From an uncultured Candidatus Saccharibacteria bacterium (GTDB taxonomy: Bacteria > Patescibacteriota > Dojkabacteria > B142 > OLB20): a stretch of 41,153 nt of DNA. The first letter of the stretch is position 1. Every line of letters begins with the position of its first letter. A program made the translations under genes and the position numbers. A model generated the notes under the pieces. That model was not told where the DNA came from and did not search any database. It saw only the letters and a list, made by a program, of their open reading frames with translations. Shown piece by piece: positions 8,402-16,903 of this stretch. The DNA lies in NCBI GenBank assembly GCA_964653475.1, contig CAZZFI010000001.1, positions 1-41,153 of the forward strand, in the 5' to 3' direction.

Positions 8402-9433
8402 GTGAACTGGAAAAATAAAAATGTATTGATAACCGGAGGCGCAGGCTTTATCGGATCTAACCTTACAAACAATCTTATAAAAAAAGGAGCCACTGTGACG
8501 ATTTTCGACGATTTTTCCAGACAAAATGTAACCAAGAATGTCGAGTGGTTAAAAAGCTTATATCCGAACCTAAATGTCATCGAAGCTGACATTAGATCGA
8601 CTGACAAGCTTGATATAGCAGTAAAAGATAAAGACGTGATCTTCCACGAAGCTGCTCAAGTTGCTGTAACTGATTCTGTAGAAGACCCTGTCTCAGATTT
8701 TGAGATTAACGCCAGGGGAAGCCTCAATGTCCTCGAGTCGATACGCAAACATAACCCAGAAGCGATTGCAGTTTACGCCTCGACAAATAAGGTCTACGGA
8801 GGATTAGAACACTTCCCAGTTGGGGAGCAAGATGATCGATATGTTTTCACAGATGAGAGCTTGTTACAAGGAGTGTCCGAAAGCACAAATCTTGATTTCC
8901 ATTCTCCTTATGGTTGCTCGAAGGGCACTGCTGACCAGTATTTCGTAGACTACGGAAGAATCTACAATATGAAAACTTTAGTTTTTCGCCAGTCTTGCAT
9001 CTATGGTCCGAGACAATGGGGAACAGAAGATCAAGGCTGGATTTTCCATTTTCTGAAACTCGCTTATCAGAAAGATCCTATCAAGATTTTCGGGAACGGG
9101 AAACAAGTCCGAGATCTACTTTACATCGATGATCTTATAAATGCATACGAGCTGGCAATCTCAGATATAGAAAACACATTTGGACAGGCATACAACGTAG
9201 GAGGTGGACTTGCAAACTCAGTTTCTCTACTGGAGGCAATTCGGATGATTTCAGAACTTTTGGGACACAAGGTGGAAACACAATTTTTCGAACCAAGACC
9301 AGGAGATCAAAAAGTTTTCATCAGCGACAACACGAAAGCCCAGGATAAATTCGGTTGGGTCCCCGAAGTAGACGTCCCGACTGGACTCGAAAAGATGCTA
9401 GAGTGGGTGAAAGAATCACAGTCTGCTAGATAA
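8402..9433 (+). CDS. NAD-dependent sugar-nucleotide epimerase/dehydratase (extended SDR, CDP-paratose/tyvelose 2-epimerase-like)
   Basis: GTG start. VLITGGAGFIGSNL Rossmann motif, catalytic YGCSKGTAD (YxxxK), GTEDQGWIFHF. Confidence 0.9.
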   Translation: MNWKNKNVLITGGAGFIGSNLTNNLIKKGATVTIFDDFSRQNVTKNVEWLKSLYPNLNVIEADIRSTDKLDIAVKDKDVIFHEAAQVAVTDSVEDPVSDFEINARGSLNVLESIRKHNPEAIAVYASTNKVYGGLEHFPVGEQDDRYVFTDESLLQGVSESTNLDFHSPYGCSKGTADQYFVDYGRIYNMKTLVFRQSCIYGPRQWGTEDQGWIFHFLKLAYQKDPIKIFGNGKQVRDLLYIDDLINAYELAISDIENTFGQAYNVGGGLANSVSLLEAIRMISELLGHKVETQFFEPRPGDQKVFISDNTKAQDKFGWVPEVDVPTGLEKMLEWVKESQSAR

Positions 9434-9880
9434 CTCTCGAAACTCTTGCGGCAACAAAGTCTGGATAACTTTTTCTTCATCGTGTTGCTTGAAATACTTG
9501 GCTAGCAATTCTTTTTTGATGTCGATCCACTTGTACTCTACTACCTCGTCATTTGAAATATCGATCTTTTCTGTCTTACTCAAGAACATCCAAAAATATG
9601 TTTGAGCCTGCCCGATGTAAGGTAAGTTGAACTTTTTCACATATTCTTCAGACAAAGTGAAGATTGTAGAGATCTGGCTTTTCTTTATCAGCTTAATGTT
9701 TCGTACACCGAGTTCTTCAAAAAGTTCTCTTTCCAGTGCTTCCTCTTGTGATTCGCCTTCCTCGATCCCACCCCGTGGTACGAACCATTTGTCTCCATGT
9801 CCGAAATTACGAGTAATCAAAAGTTGTTTATCCTCGTTGATAATAAATGCGCCTACTGCTGCGCGGTAAAGTTCAGACAT
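9416..9880 (-). CDS. NUDIX hydrolase
   Basis: PRGGIEEGESQEEALERELFEELGV NUDIX box. Its 3' end overlaps the epimerase by 18 nt (convergent). Confidence 0.85.
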   Translation of the reverse strand: MSELYRAAVGAFIINEDKQLLITRNFGHGDKWFVPRGGIEEGESQEEALERELFEELGVRNIKLIKKSQISTIFTLSEEYVKKFNLPYIGQAQTYFWMFLSKTEKIDISNDEVVEYKWIDIKKELLAKYFKQHDEEKVIQTLLPQEFRELSSRL

Positions 9881-9967
9881 CCGTAGAAAATTAATTGGCT
9901 AATTATAGAACAAATACTTGAAAAGTATCCAACATCATCGAAAAATAATTGTTATAATTTAGTACAT

Positions 9968-11137
9968 ATGAAAAGTTTTACCCGCAAACACAAGTTTTCC
10001 TTTTTCGTAGCGCTTTTACTCACATTCTTTCTAACCATATCGATCTTCGTTAGAACAACAAACGATATACAATCTGATGATTCGACCGAGATCAAAGCAG
10101 CCACTCCAGTGCATACCACTTCATCACCAGACGAGACAAAGACCGAAACAGTTGTACAAGACCTCAATGTGCCATGGGAAGTTGTATTTCTACCTAATTC
10201 TATAGGAGAGTTTCCGAATGAACCTGAGTTTTTGATAACACAGAGAAACGGGACAATACTGCGAATAAGCGGTGATCGTAATACGTATAATGTGCCGGAT
10301 GTGAAAGTGGTAGGAGAAGGCGGACTTCTTGGTCTTGCACTTCACCCGGACTTCAATGAGAACAGCCTCATATATGTTTACCTCACAAGTGACGTCGGAA
10401 ACAAAGTTGTCCGATATTTGTTAACCGAAAACCATCTCGAAAACCCAGAAGTTATTTTAGAGAATATTCCAGAGGCTCCTAACCACAATGGTGGAAGAAT
10501 CGCATTTGGCCCAGACGGGTTCCTTTACATAAGTACCGGAGATTCCCAAAACGAGAATCTCGCTCAAGACACCGACTCTCTAGCAGGAAAGATTTTACGA
10601 GTTACAGATGATGGCAAGATCCCTTCCGACAATCCTTTCAAGAACGCAGTCTACTCCTATGGACATCGGAATGTGCAAGGGATAACCTGGGATGAAGACG
10701 GTAGATTGTGGGCGACTGAGCATGGGAGAAGCGGACTCAGATCGGGATATGACGAGCTAAACCTGATCAAAAAAGGTGACAACGATGGTTGGCCAGTAAT
10801 TCAGGGTGATGAGATAAGAGAAAATATGCAAAGACCCGTCATTCACTCAGGAGCATCTGAAACGTGGGCTCCTTCGGGGATTACGTATTTCAATAACAGC
10901 CTATTTTTCACAGGTCTACGCGGACAAGCACTTTATCAGGCAAAGCTAGCCGCAAATGGCGAAACTACGACCGAGCTTATTAAACATTTTGATGGGACAT
11001 TCGGAAGAATTCGGACAGTGCGACTAGGGCCCGACGGATATTTATATATCCTAACGAACAATACTGACGGACGCGGAAATCCGCAGAAAAACGATGATAA
11101 ACTTATACGAGTTAATCCTGAGGTTCTTTTTAAATAG
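9968..11137 (+). CDS. PQQ-dependent sugar dehydrogenase (soluble glucose/sorbosone dehydrogenase, YliI-like beta-propeller)
   Basis: N-terminal TM/signal anchor. GLLGLALHPDF, HNGGRIAFGPDGFLYISTGD, GHRNVQGITWD, GPDGYLYI. Confidence 0.9.
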   Translation: MKSFTRKHKFSFFVALLLTFFLTISIFVRTTNDIQSDDSTEIKAATPVHTTSSPDETKTETVVQDLNVPWEVVFLPNSIGEFPNEPEFLITQRNGTILRISGDRNTYNVPDVKVVGEGGLLGLALHPDFNENSLIYVYLTSDVGNKVVRYLLTENHLENPEVILENIPEAPNHNGGRIAFGPDGFLYISTGDSQNENLAQDTDSLAGKILRVTDDGKIPSDNPFKNAVYSYGHRNVQGITWDEDGRLWATEHGRSGLRSGYDELNLIKKGDNDGWPVIQGDEIRENMQRPVIHSGASETWAPSGITYFNNSLFFTGLRGQALYQAKLAANGETTTELIKHFDGTFGRIRTVRLGPDGYLYILTNNTDGRGNPQKNDDKLIRVNPEVLFK

Positions 11138-11143
11138 ACCAAA

Positions 11144-11425
11144 CTAAATACTTGTATCTGCACGCAAATTAAGCTCAAGTTTTCTGATCTTTTCCTCCCT
11201 ACTCCATCCTTTTATCTGCCACTCTCTTTTCATAGCAGAACTTTTATCAGAATATGCTTCGGAATGTATTAACTTCACAGGGAGTCGAGAGCGTACGTAT
11301 TTCGAGCCTTTCCCTTCACGATGTAGTTTAATCCTTTGTGAAAGACTGTTTGTAATGCCTGTGTAGAGTGAGTTGTCTCGACAGTGTAAGATGTAAACGT
11401 AGTACATGAGTAAATTGTTACCCAT
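11144..11425 (-). CDS. GIY-YIG nuclease family protein (UPF0213)
   Basis: YYVYILHCRDNSLYTGITNSLSQRIKLHREGKGSKY ... REWQIKGWSREEK. Confidence 0.9.
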   Translation of the reverse strand: MGNNLLMYYVYILHCRDNSLYTGITNSLSQRIKLHREGKGSKYVRSRLPVKLIHSEAYSDKSSAMKREWQIKGWSREEKIRKLELNLRADTSI

Positions 11426-11466
11426 GTACTACGAAAATACAAGAACTTCGATAACGCTTTTTAGAG

Positions 11467-11877
11467 TTAGACTGTTTCTACGTTTCTCTGTGAGAACAAT
11501 CTGATAAAACTGGTCACAATGAGCGCCAAGATGTAGTAGAAAAATACTGCAAGGATCGCTGCAGAGTCAAAGAATGACTCTCCGTATACTGGGGAAGCGA
11601 AAACCCCTCGAAATGGTGCTACAAAGATATTGGTAATACTGTAGATGAGGTCTACAATACCATTTGCATTGGCACCAAACATCATAAGAACTATTCGTAT
11701 GAGCAGTGCAAGCCCCACGAGGTGTGTGAGATACCAGATCACTTGATTGACCTTTGCGAGGGTAAACTCTTGGTCATCCACTGTAGTTCCTCTTACTACC
11801 TTTTGACTTCGTACCCGTTTGTTAGTTAATGGGTCGACAGTAGATGTGGTTTCTACAACTGTATTATGTTCTTCCAT
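11467..11877 (-). CDS. YggT-like membrane protein
   Basis: LLIRIVLMMFGANANGIVDLIYSITNIFVAPFRGVF resembles the YGGT repeat of Gram-positive type YggT proteins. Confidence 0.5.
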   Translation of the reverse strand: MEEHNTVVETTSTVDPLTNKRVRSQKVVRGTTVDDQEFTLAKVNQVIWYLTHLVGLALLIRIVLMMFGANANGIVDLIYSITNIFVAPFRGVFASPVYGESFFDSAAILAVFFYYILALIVTSFIRLFSQRNVETV

Positions 11878-11900
11878 TATTAATCTTTAAGAATAATAAA

Positions 11901-12149
11901 TTATCGTCTAATAGCTCTCATTACGGCTATTAGCACTACCGCTCCGAAAGTTGCAACTAAGATACTGTAAATATTTAACCCTGTTACTCCTTCTCCACCT
12001 AGAAACCCAACTAAAAATCCTCCTATCAACGCACCGACTATACCGACAACAATGTCCTGCACCATACCCTGACTGCTGTCAGTTTTCATAATTAAAGAGG
12101 CTAACCAGCCGGCGATAAGTCCGACCACAATCCACGCTAGAATACTCAT
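11901..12149 (-). CDS. GlsB/YeaQ/YmgE family (transglycosylase-associated) stress membrane protein
   Basis: 82 aa. ILAWIVVGLIAGWLA ... DIVVGIVGALIGGFL glycine-zipper helices. Confidence 0.9.
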   Translation of the reverse strand: MSILAWIVVGLIAGWLASLIMKTDSSQGMVQDIVVGIVGALIGGFLVGFLGGEGVTGLNIYSILVATFGAVVLIAVMRAIRR

Positions 12150-12860
12150 GCTGTGAAAAATAATAAATTAATGTTTAAGTACTACAAAGACTATTTATAA
12201 AGGAAGTTAAGGAAGTATTAAGATTTTGTAAAGACAGTTATTTATTCTTAACAAGACTCCCAAAAACAAAAGAAAGTTGCTAAATATCACAGCAGTTAAA
12301 ACTTTCCTCAAGATAATTTGTGTGTTTTTTTAAATCCTAATAGAGATTTAGAGCAATCAGATCATTCAAATCGAGATTTCTGATATAAAGGAAAGTATTA
12401 CCTAAATCTAACTAAGAAACATATTTGCATTAATTATCTCAACAATCTAGGATATTTTGCGTAGGTTGGTTCCTGGGTATTAAGTGGATTCCACGATGAA
12501 TAATTGGATATCTTGTTAATGGGTTCTTTCACCACGCTTCTCTTGTATACCCTCTGTTGCTACGACGTTCACATGGTGTGCCGTGAAGCGCAAGAACGTA
12601 AACTACTTGGAACTCAAAGAGTTTGCATGTAATTTCGTACAACACGGTGCCCATACTTGAAGGTGACTCCTTCGTTGTAACCCAGATTTCAGGATTCAGA
12701 TAACCATGAACAACCCAACATCGTTTACTGTAAAGACTTGAGTACAGTAGTTGAGGCAGTTGAAGAGAGGTTCAACGCATAGAATAACACTATATTGCTT
12801 CTTCGGAGCAGAGATCGTTGAAAAATCTTATTAATAATATCTCTCCTTGTATATCACATC

Positions 12861-13196
12861 CTAACGAATAGGCAAATTTCTGATTAAATCGGAAGCTATT
12901 CTCATCAGGGTGTTTCCTAGTGGAGATGAATCAATCTCAGCAATTTCACACAATATACTACTTTCTCCTCCTTCTACCGCCCTACGCACCTTGTGATGGC
13001 CATCAATACAGTAGTGCTCCCCCCTTAATGAAATGACTTGTGGATTGGGTCTTGATGACCTTGTCCGCCTCCCTTCTAAGCCATCCCCTGTAAGGAAGAG
13101 ACGAGTCCCCATTATTGTGTTGGGATCCAAGTAGCCATAATTAATCTCTTGAGTTTTTACATGTTGCTTGCGCAAGAATTGCTGTAAGGAAGGCAC
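12861..13196 (-). CDS. ParB-like N-terminal (sulfiredoxin-fold) nuclease-domain protein
   Basis: PQVISLRGEHYCIDGHHKVRRAVEGGESSILCEI matches the ParBc core (g.y.liDGhHR..A....G...i.a.v). Confidence 0.5.
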   Translation of the reverse strand: MPSLQQFLRKQHVKTQEINYGYLDPNTIMGTRLFLTGDGLEGRRTRSSRPNPQVISLRGEHYCIDGHHKVRRAVEGGESSILCEIAEIDSSPLGNTLMRIASDLIRNLPIR

Positions 13197-13515
13197 CTGG
13201 GAATGTTTTTACTATCTCAAACTCAACATCGGCGGTTGCTTTGACCGGACTTTTTATTTCTTCCAAAATCTCCTTCAATGTATCCTTTTCAACGACAAAA
13301 GTAATTGAAATTTCCGGCACCGCTTCCGGCGACTTTATCGGCTTTGCGCTTTCTCGTATCTTTTCGTCAGTGTCAAAATCCTGCAACGCTTCAAGAATTG
13401 AAGTTTTGCCGGACTCATTTTTACTGGCAAGAATAGTAATCGTGTCAGTCAGATAACAATCGCCGCTATCAACGATTGATTTATAGTTTTTAATTTTGAA
13501 TTTCTTGAGCTTCAT
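13141..13515 (-). pseudogene. N-terminal fragment of an OLD/AAA_15-type ATPase (truncated after about 120 aa)
   Basis: MKLKKFKIKNYKSIVDSGDCYL..ITILASKNESGKTSILEAL is the classical N-terminus plus Walker A of about 600-aa OLD/Gabija/PARIS-type ATPases. The ORF stops at 124 aa and overlaps the next ORF out of frame. Confidence 0.6.
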
Positions 13516-13530
13516 GGTTAATTTTGTTGC

Positions 13531-13857
13531 TTAAAATAGTAAACTTACCAACCCGACAACCCACCCAATCGCACCACCACACAAAATAACTTTTGCAACG
13601 TTTTTTAATAATTTATGTTTTTCAAGAATGTCATCAACAACTTTCTGTCCTCTTATTAAAACAATAAGAACTATAATAAGAAAAACCCTTAATCCCCACT
13701 TGAAAGCGGGCGTTTCAAAAAAAGTTTCCAAACCTGAAAAACTAAATCCTAAAAATTCAAACGGAACGGTGATAAGCATAAGCCACCCAACCAATGCAAA
13801 AAGAAATCCTCCTATTTTTAACCTCGACATCAGGTGTGTTTTAATGCGTTCATTCAT
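13531..13857 (-). CDS. Small membrane protein (3 TM)
   Basis: 108-aa hydrophobic ORF immediately downstream of the HTH gene. Confidence 0.5.
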   Translation of the reverse strand: MNERIKTHLMSRLKIGGFLFALVGWLMLITVPFEFLGFSFSGLETFFETPAFKWGLRVFLIIVLIVLIRGQKVVDDILEKHKLLKNVAKVILCGGAIGWVVGLVSLLF

Positions 13858-13864
13858 AGTATTT

Positions 13865-14053
13865 TTATTTCATTAAGTCATCGAGTGAAACACCGAGTGC
13901 GTCCGAAATTTTTTTAACGGTTTCAATGGTCGGATTTGGCGTTGCTCCCGCTTCAATTTTGGCGATTGTATGAAAAGCCAAATCAGCCTTTTTTGAAAGT
14001 TGATCCTGCGAAATACCGAGCTTGTTTCGGTATTTCTTTATATTCTCTGCTAT
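13865..14053 (-). CDS. XRE-family helix-turn-helix protein with no canonical start of its own
   Basis: IAENIKKYRNKLGISQDQLSKKADLAFHTIAKIEAGATPNPTIETVKKISDALGVSLDDL is a full HTH_3 domain. Its first conserved codon (ATA, 14053-14051) directly abuts the tmRNA CCA end. The only upstream ATG (14155) lies inside the tmRNA gene. Confidence 0.6.
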   Translation of the reverse strand: MAENIKKYRNKLGISQDQLSKKADLAFHTIAKIEAGATPNPTIETVKKISDALGVSLDDLMK

Positions 14054-14500
14054 TGGTGGAGATGGCGGGAATCGAACCCGCGTCCAAACCTGACCAAAAA
14101 CTACCCCTACAAGTTTAGTTAATTTGGTTTGAAACAGTTTGATCAAAATTAACAAAAGCCAAACTGCTTTGATTTATAAATTCTTGGAGTTTAAGCATAA
14201 ATCAAACTTAAACTTTGCACCTCGACTATATTGCTCCTCCTATTTCTCGCCGAGAATAGAAAATAGGAGAAGGTTGCCCTTTTAGTTAGGCAACAGCAAG
14301 GTTGACAGCTGGTTCTACACCAAAGAATGCAGCCACTTTCGCAGATGCACTATCAAACATTGCTATAAATTTGTTTTTGACGCTTATTGTCAAATCTCTG
14401 ATTGCTCAGAGCCATCATGTCTTTATTTAACGAAGCGACACAATGAACACATCGACTTGCGGCAATTCTCGGTTCCGATTTGTCGAAGCCGATCATCCCC
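14054..14500 (-). ncRNA. ssrA: tmRNA (SsrA)
   Basis: 5' GGGGATGATCGGCTTCGAC and 3' GGACGCGGGTTCGATTCCCGCCATCTCCACCA. The acceptor stem has the G3:U pair. The internal tag frame ends ...CCA GCT GTC AAC CTT GCT GTT GCC TAA (..PAVNLAVA-stop). Confidence 0.9.
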
Positions 14501-14620
14501 TTTTCACCAACAATTCTTTATTAGCAAACAGCGAATCACTATATTTTACCACGAAAATCAAAAATATCGGGGGATTCATAGAGAGGACTCTTCTCACTTG
14601 TTTATCTATCTAAAACATTT

Positions 14621-16051
14621 TTAACCTCTAAATACCCTCTGCCCTTCAGGAGTGTCTTCTACTACCACAGCGAATTCTTCTTTAAGCTTTTCGCGTAGTT
14701 GATCTGACTCATTCCAGTTACCAAGCTTTCTAGCAAGCTCTCTTTTATCTAACAGATCTCGGATTTCGTCTGTTAGTTCAATTTCATCATCTTTTATGAG
14801 ATCTAGTCCCAAAACCCTATCAAAATCAGTGATTGTAGCGATTTTAATATCATCATGCAGATCAGATTTTATAAGCTCCCAAAGTAAAGCTAATGCTTCA
14901 GGGATGTTGAAATCACTTTCTAATGCTTTCTTGAATCTTTGCTTGTATTCTTCAGACACTGTGCCGAATTTCTGCGAGTTCAAAAGTTTGATTTGTTTTT
15001 TTAATCGGTTGTAAGCTTGTTGTGAAGCTGAAAGTGCCTCCCAGGTAAAGTTTTGTTTTGAGCGATAATGTGCGTTAAGGTAAAAATATCTGAGTGCTAG
15101 GGGTTCGTAACCGTTATCTATTATATCGTCCAAGACAAAAGCAGTTCCCTCTGACTTGCTCATTTTTTTCCCGTCAAATAGAAGATGTTCGTTGTGTAGC
15201 CAGTAGTTGACAAACTTCGTTCCATTTGCAGACTCACTCTGTGCGATTTCGTTTGTATGGTGTATCGAGATATGTTCAACTCCTCCCATGTGCATATCGA
15301 TTGTAGCTCCTAAGATATCCCCAGCCATCGCACTACACTCGATATGCCATCCAGGAATTCCTTCCCCGTTTTCAACTTCCTTAGATTGAAATGGTGAAGG
15401 CCAATACTGCAAGGCGTTTTTGTGTGCACCAGTTTTGAAAAACCACAGAGCGAAGTCCTGTGGATTTTTTTTGTCTGGATCGACAACCTCTCCTTTCCCT
15501 AGTCCTGTTTTGTTTTTTTCGAGATTTTGTCCACTAAGTTTTGTGTAGTGGGAGAATCTTTCAACTTCAAAATAGATGGCTTTGTCTGTCGAATAAGCAA
15601 AACCTTTTTCAAGCAGAGTATTGATCATGCTTTGCATCTGCTCGATATACTGGCTGGCAACTGGTTTGTGGTCAGGAGGTAAAATATTTATAGCCTTTGT
15701 GTCTTTTTCGAAGATATCGATATATTTTTTCGCAATCTTTTGAGGATCGAGGTTCTCTCGCTTTGAAGCTTTTTCCATCCGATCTTCTCCCAGATCTGCA
15801 TCACCTAAATTATCTCCCGTAAGATGTCCAACATCTGTGTAGTTTCGAACGAAATTCACTTCATAACCGAGGTAAAGCAAACTTCTGCGAATTAAATCGG
15901 CCATAGTCATACCACGAAGATTTCCGATCTGCTGAACCCAATATACAGTAGGCCCGCAGTGATAAAACCTGACTTTATTGTCTTCGATAGGTTTAAAATC
16001 CTCAAGCTTTCTTGATATTGTGTTATAGACTTTTAGCATTGTGCTTATCAA
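14621..16051 (-). CDS. cysS: Cysteine--tRNA ligase
   Basis: CGPTVY..QIGNLR (HIGH region), NYTDVGHL...GEDRM, GWHIECSAM, HHTNEIAQSE, KMSKSEG. 476 aa including the anticodon-binding tail. Confidence 0.95.
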   Translation of the reverse strand: MISTMLKVYNTISRKLEDFKPIEDNKVRFYHCGPTVYWVQQIGNLRGMTMADLIRRSLLYLGYEVNFVRNYTDVGHLTGDNLGDADLGEDRMEKASKRENLDPQKIAKKYIDIFEKDTKAINILPPDHKPVASQYIEQMQSMINTLLEKGFAYSTDKAIYFEVERFSHYTKLSGQNLEKNKTGLGKGEVVDPDKKNPQDFALWFFKTGAHKNALQYWPSPFQSKEVENGEGIPGWHIECSAMAGDILGATIDMHMGGVEHISIHHTNEIAQSESANGTKFVNYWLHNEHLLFDGKKMSKSEGTAFVLDDIIDNGYEPLALRYFYLNAHYRSKQNFTWEALSASQQAYNRLKKQIKLLNSQKFGTVSEEYKQRFKKALESDFNIPEALALLWELIKSDLHDDIKIATITDFDRVLGLDLIKDDEIELTDEIRDLLDKRELARKLGNWNESDQLREKLKEEFAVVVEDTPEGQRVFRG

Positions 16052-16055
16052 TAAA

Positions 16056-16850
16056 TTAAAATTCGTCAGTAAAGTATTCGTTGTTCATCAAAAGCATCAA
16101 AAGCCACATTGGCTTTCCGTGAGTTAGGTTTTGTGACTTGTGTTTTTTAGCTGCTTTGTATTTAAGTAATATTTCTTTTCCTAAAGGAAGTCTGTATTTA
16201 GGTTCAGCTTGGTGCAGGTTTTTTCCATTCGCCATATGCACAGGCAATCGAATATTTTTCAGAACCGACTTTGGCAATGTTTTATACAAAACAACCGTGT
16301 CTTTTGTTTTTGTATTTGCTATGTTATGCATAATTTCGCTTACTACTATATGATCAGGATGTCCATACAACCCATCTTTTTCATACACTAATATAATATC
16401 CGGATTAAATTTCTCCACTTCAAAGAGCAGTTTTTTTTCTAATTCGTCGTATTCTTCTTCTAGTGCACCATCCGAGAACTTCCATATCTCGCATTGTTGT
16501 AGTTTAAGTTCTTTGGTAGCCATTTTGTATTCTTCTTCGCGAATTCGCGCAAGTTTTGCGGGTTTCACTTTTAATAATTCATCACCCCTCTCACCACAAG
16601 TAACACAGATATGTTTTAGAGAGATGCTTTCGTCGTTTGCGAACTTTGCTAAAAAACCTCCAGAAAGCATCGTTTCATCATCTGGGTGAGGGTCGACTGC
16701 AAGAATTCTGTACTTTCTCTTTTTACCGAGTAGATTTTCTAACTTCAAAACAGGCAGGCGATATTCATTCAGATAAATATTAAATGCTAAATATATCCCG
16801 ATAAGTAAGAAAATTATTCCGGTTATGATTTTGAAAATCACTGTCATCAC
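16056..16850 (-). CDS. PIG-L/LmbE family N-acetylglucosaminyl deacetylase with an N-terminal TM anchor
   Basis: ILAVDPHPDDETMLSGG and GLYGHPDHIVV zinc-site motifs. There are 4 nt between its stop and the cysS start. Confidence 0.85.
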   Translation of the reverse strand: MMTVIFKIITGIIFLLIGIYLAFNIYLNEYRLPVLKLENLLGKKRKYRILAVDPHPDDETMLSGGFLAKFANDESISLKHICVTCGERGDELLKVKPAKLARIREEEYKMATKELKLQQCEIWKFSDGALEEEYDELEKKLLFEVEKFNPDIILVYEKDGLYGHPDHIVVSEIMHNIANTKTKDTVVLYKTLPKSVLKNIRLPVHMANGKNLHQAEPKYRLPLGKEILLKYKAAKKHKSQNLTHGKPMWLLMLLMNNEYFTDEF

Positions 16851-16855
16851 CTTAA

Positions 16856-16903
16856 TTAAAAATAAAAAGACCCTGTTCTTGTCTAAATGACAAACACAGG
16901 GCC
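16856..16903 (-). terminator. Intrinsic terminator of the T-box leader
   Basis: 15-nt arms with 13 pairs, 5-nt loop, T5AT5 tail, ending a few nt before the PIG-L RBS. Confidence 0.8.

Larger units (their letters stand above)
12250..14053. mobile_element. Decayed genomic island inserted at the 3' (CCA) end of tmRNA
   Basis: It starts exactly at the tmRNA 3' end. It holds an XRE HTH gene, a small membrane gene, a truncated OLD/AAA-type ATPase fragment, a ParB-like nuclease-fold ORF and about 400 nt of stop- and frameshift-broken coding remnants. By eye it is more G+C-rich than the flanks. No integrase or second att copy was found. Confidence 0.45.

Noticed and set aside
12912-12920. 9-nt match (GTGGAGATG) to the tmRNA 3' end, considered as a second att copy bounding the island
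   Set aside because: It is only 9 nt and lies inside the ParB-like ORF. A match of this length is expected by chance in a 41-kb window searched on both strands, and the flanking bases do not extend it.
14054-14155. N-terminal 34 codons of the track ORF 13865..14155 (MLILIKLFQTKLTKLVGVVFGQVWTRVRFPPSPP)
   Set aside because: This stretch is the reverse-strand reading of the tmRNA 3' domain (T-arm and acceptor). It is not protein-coding, and the real HTH domain begins only at 14053.
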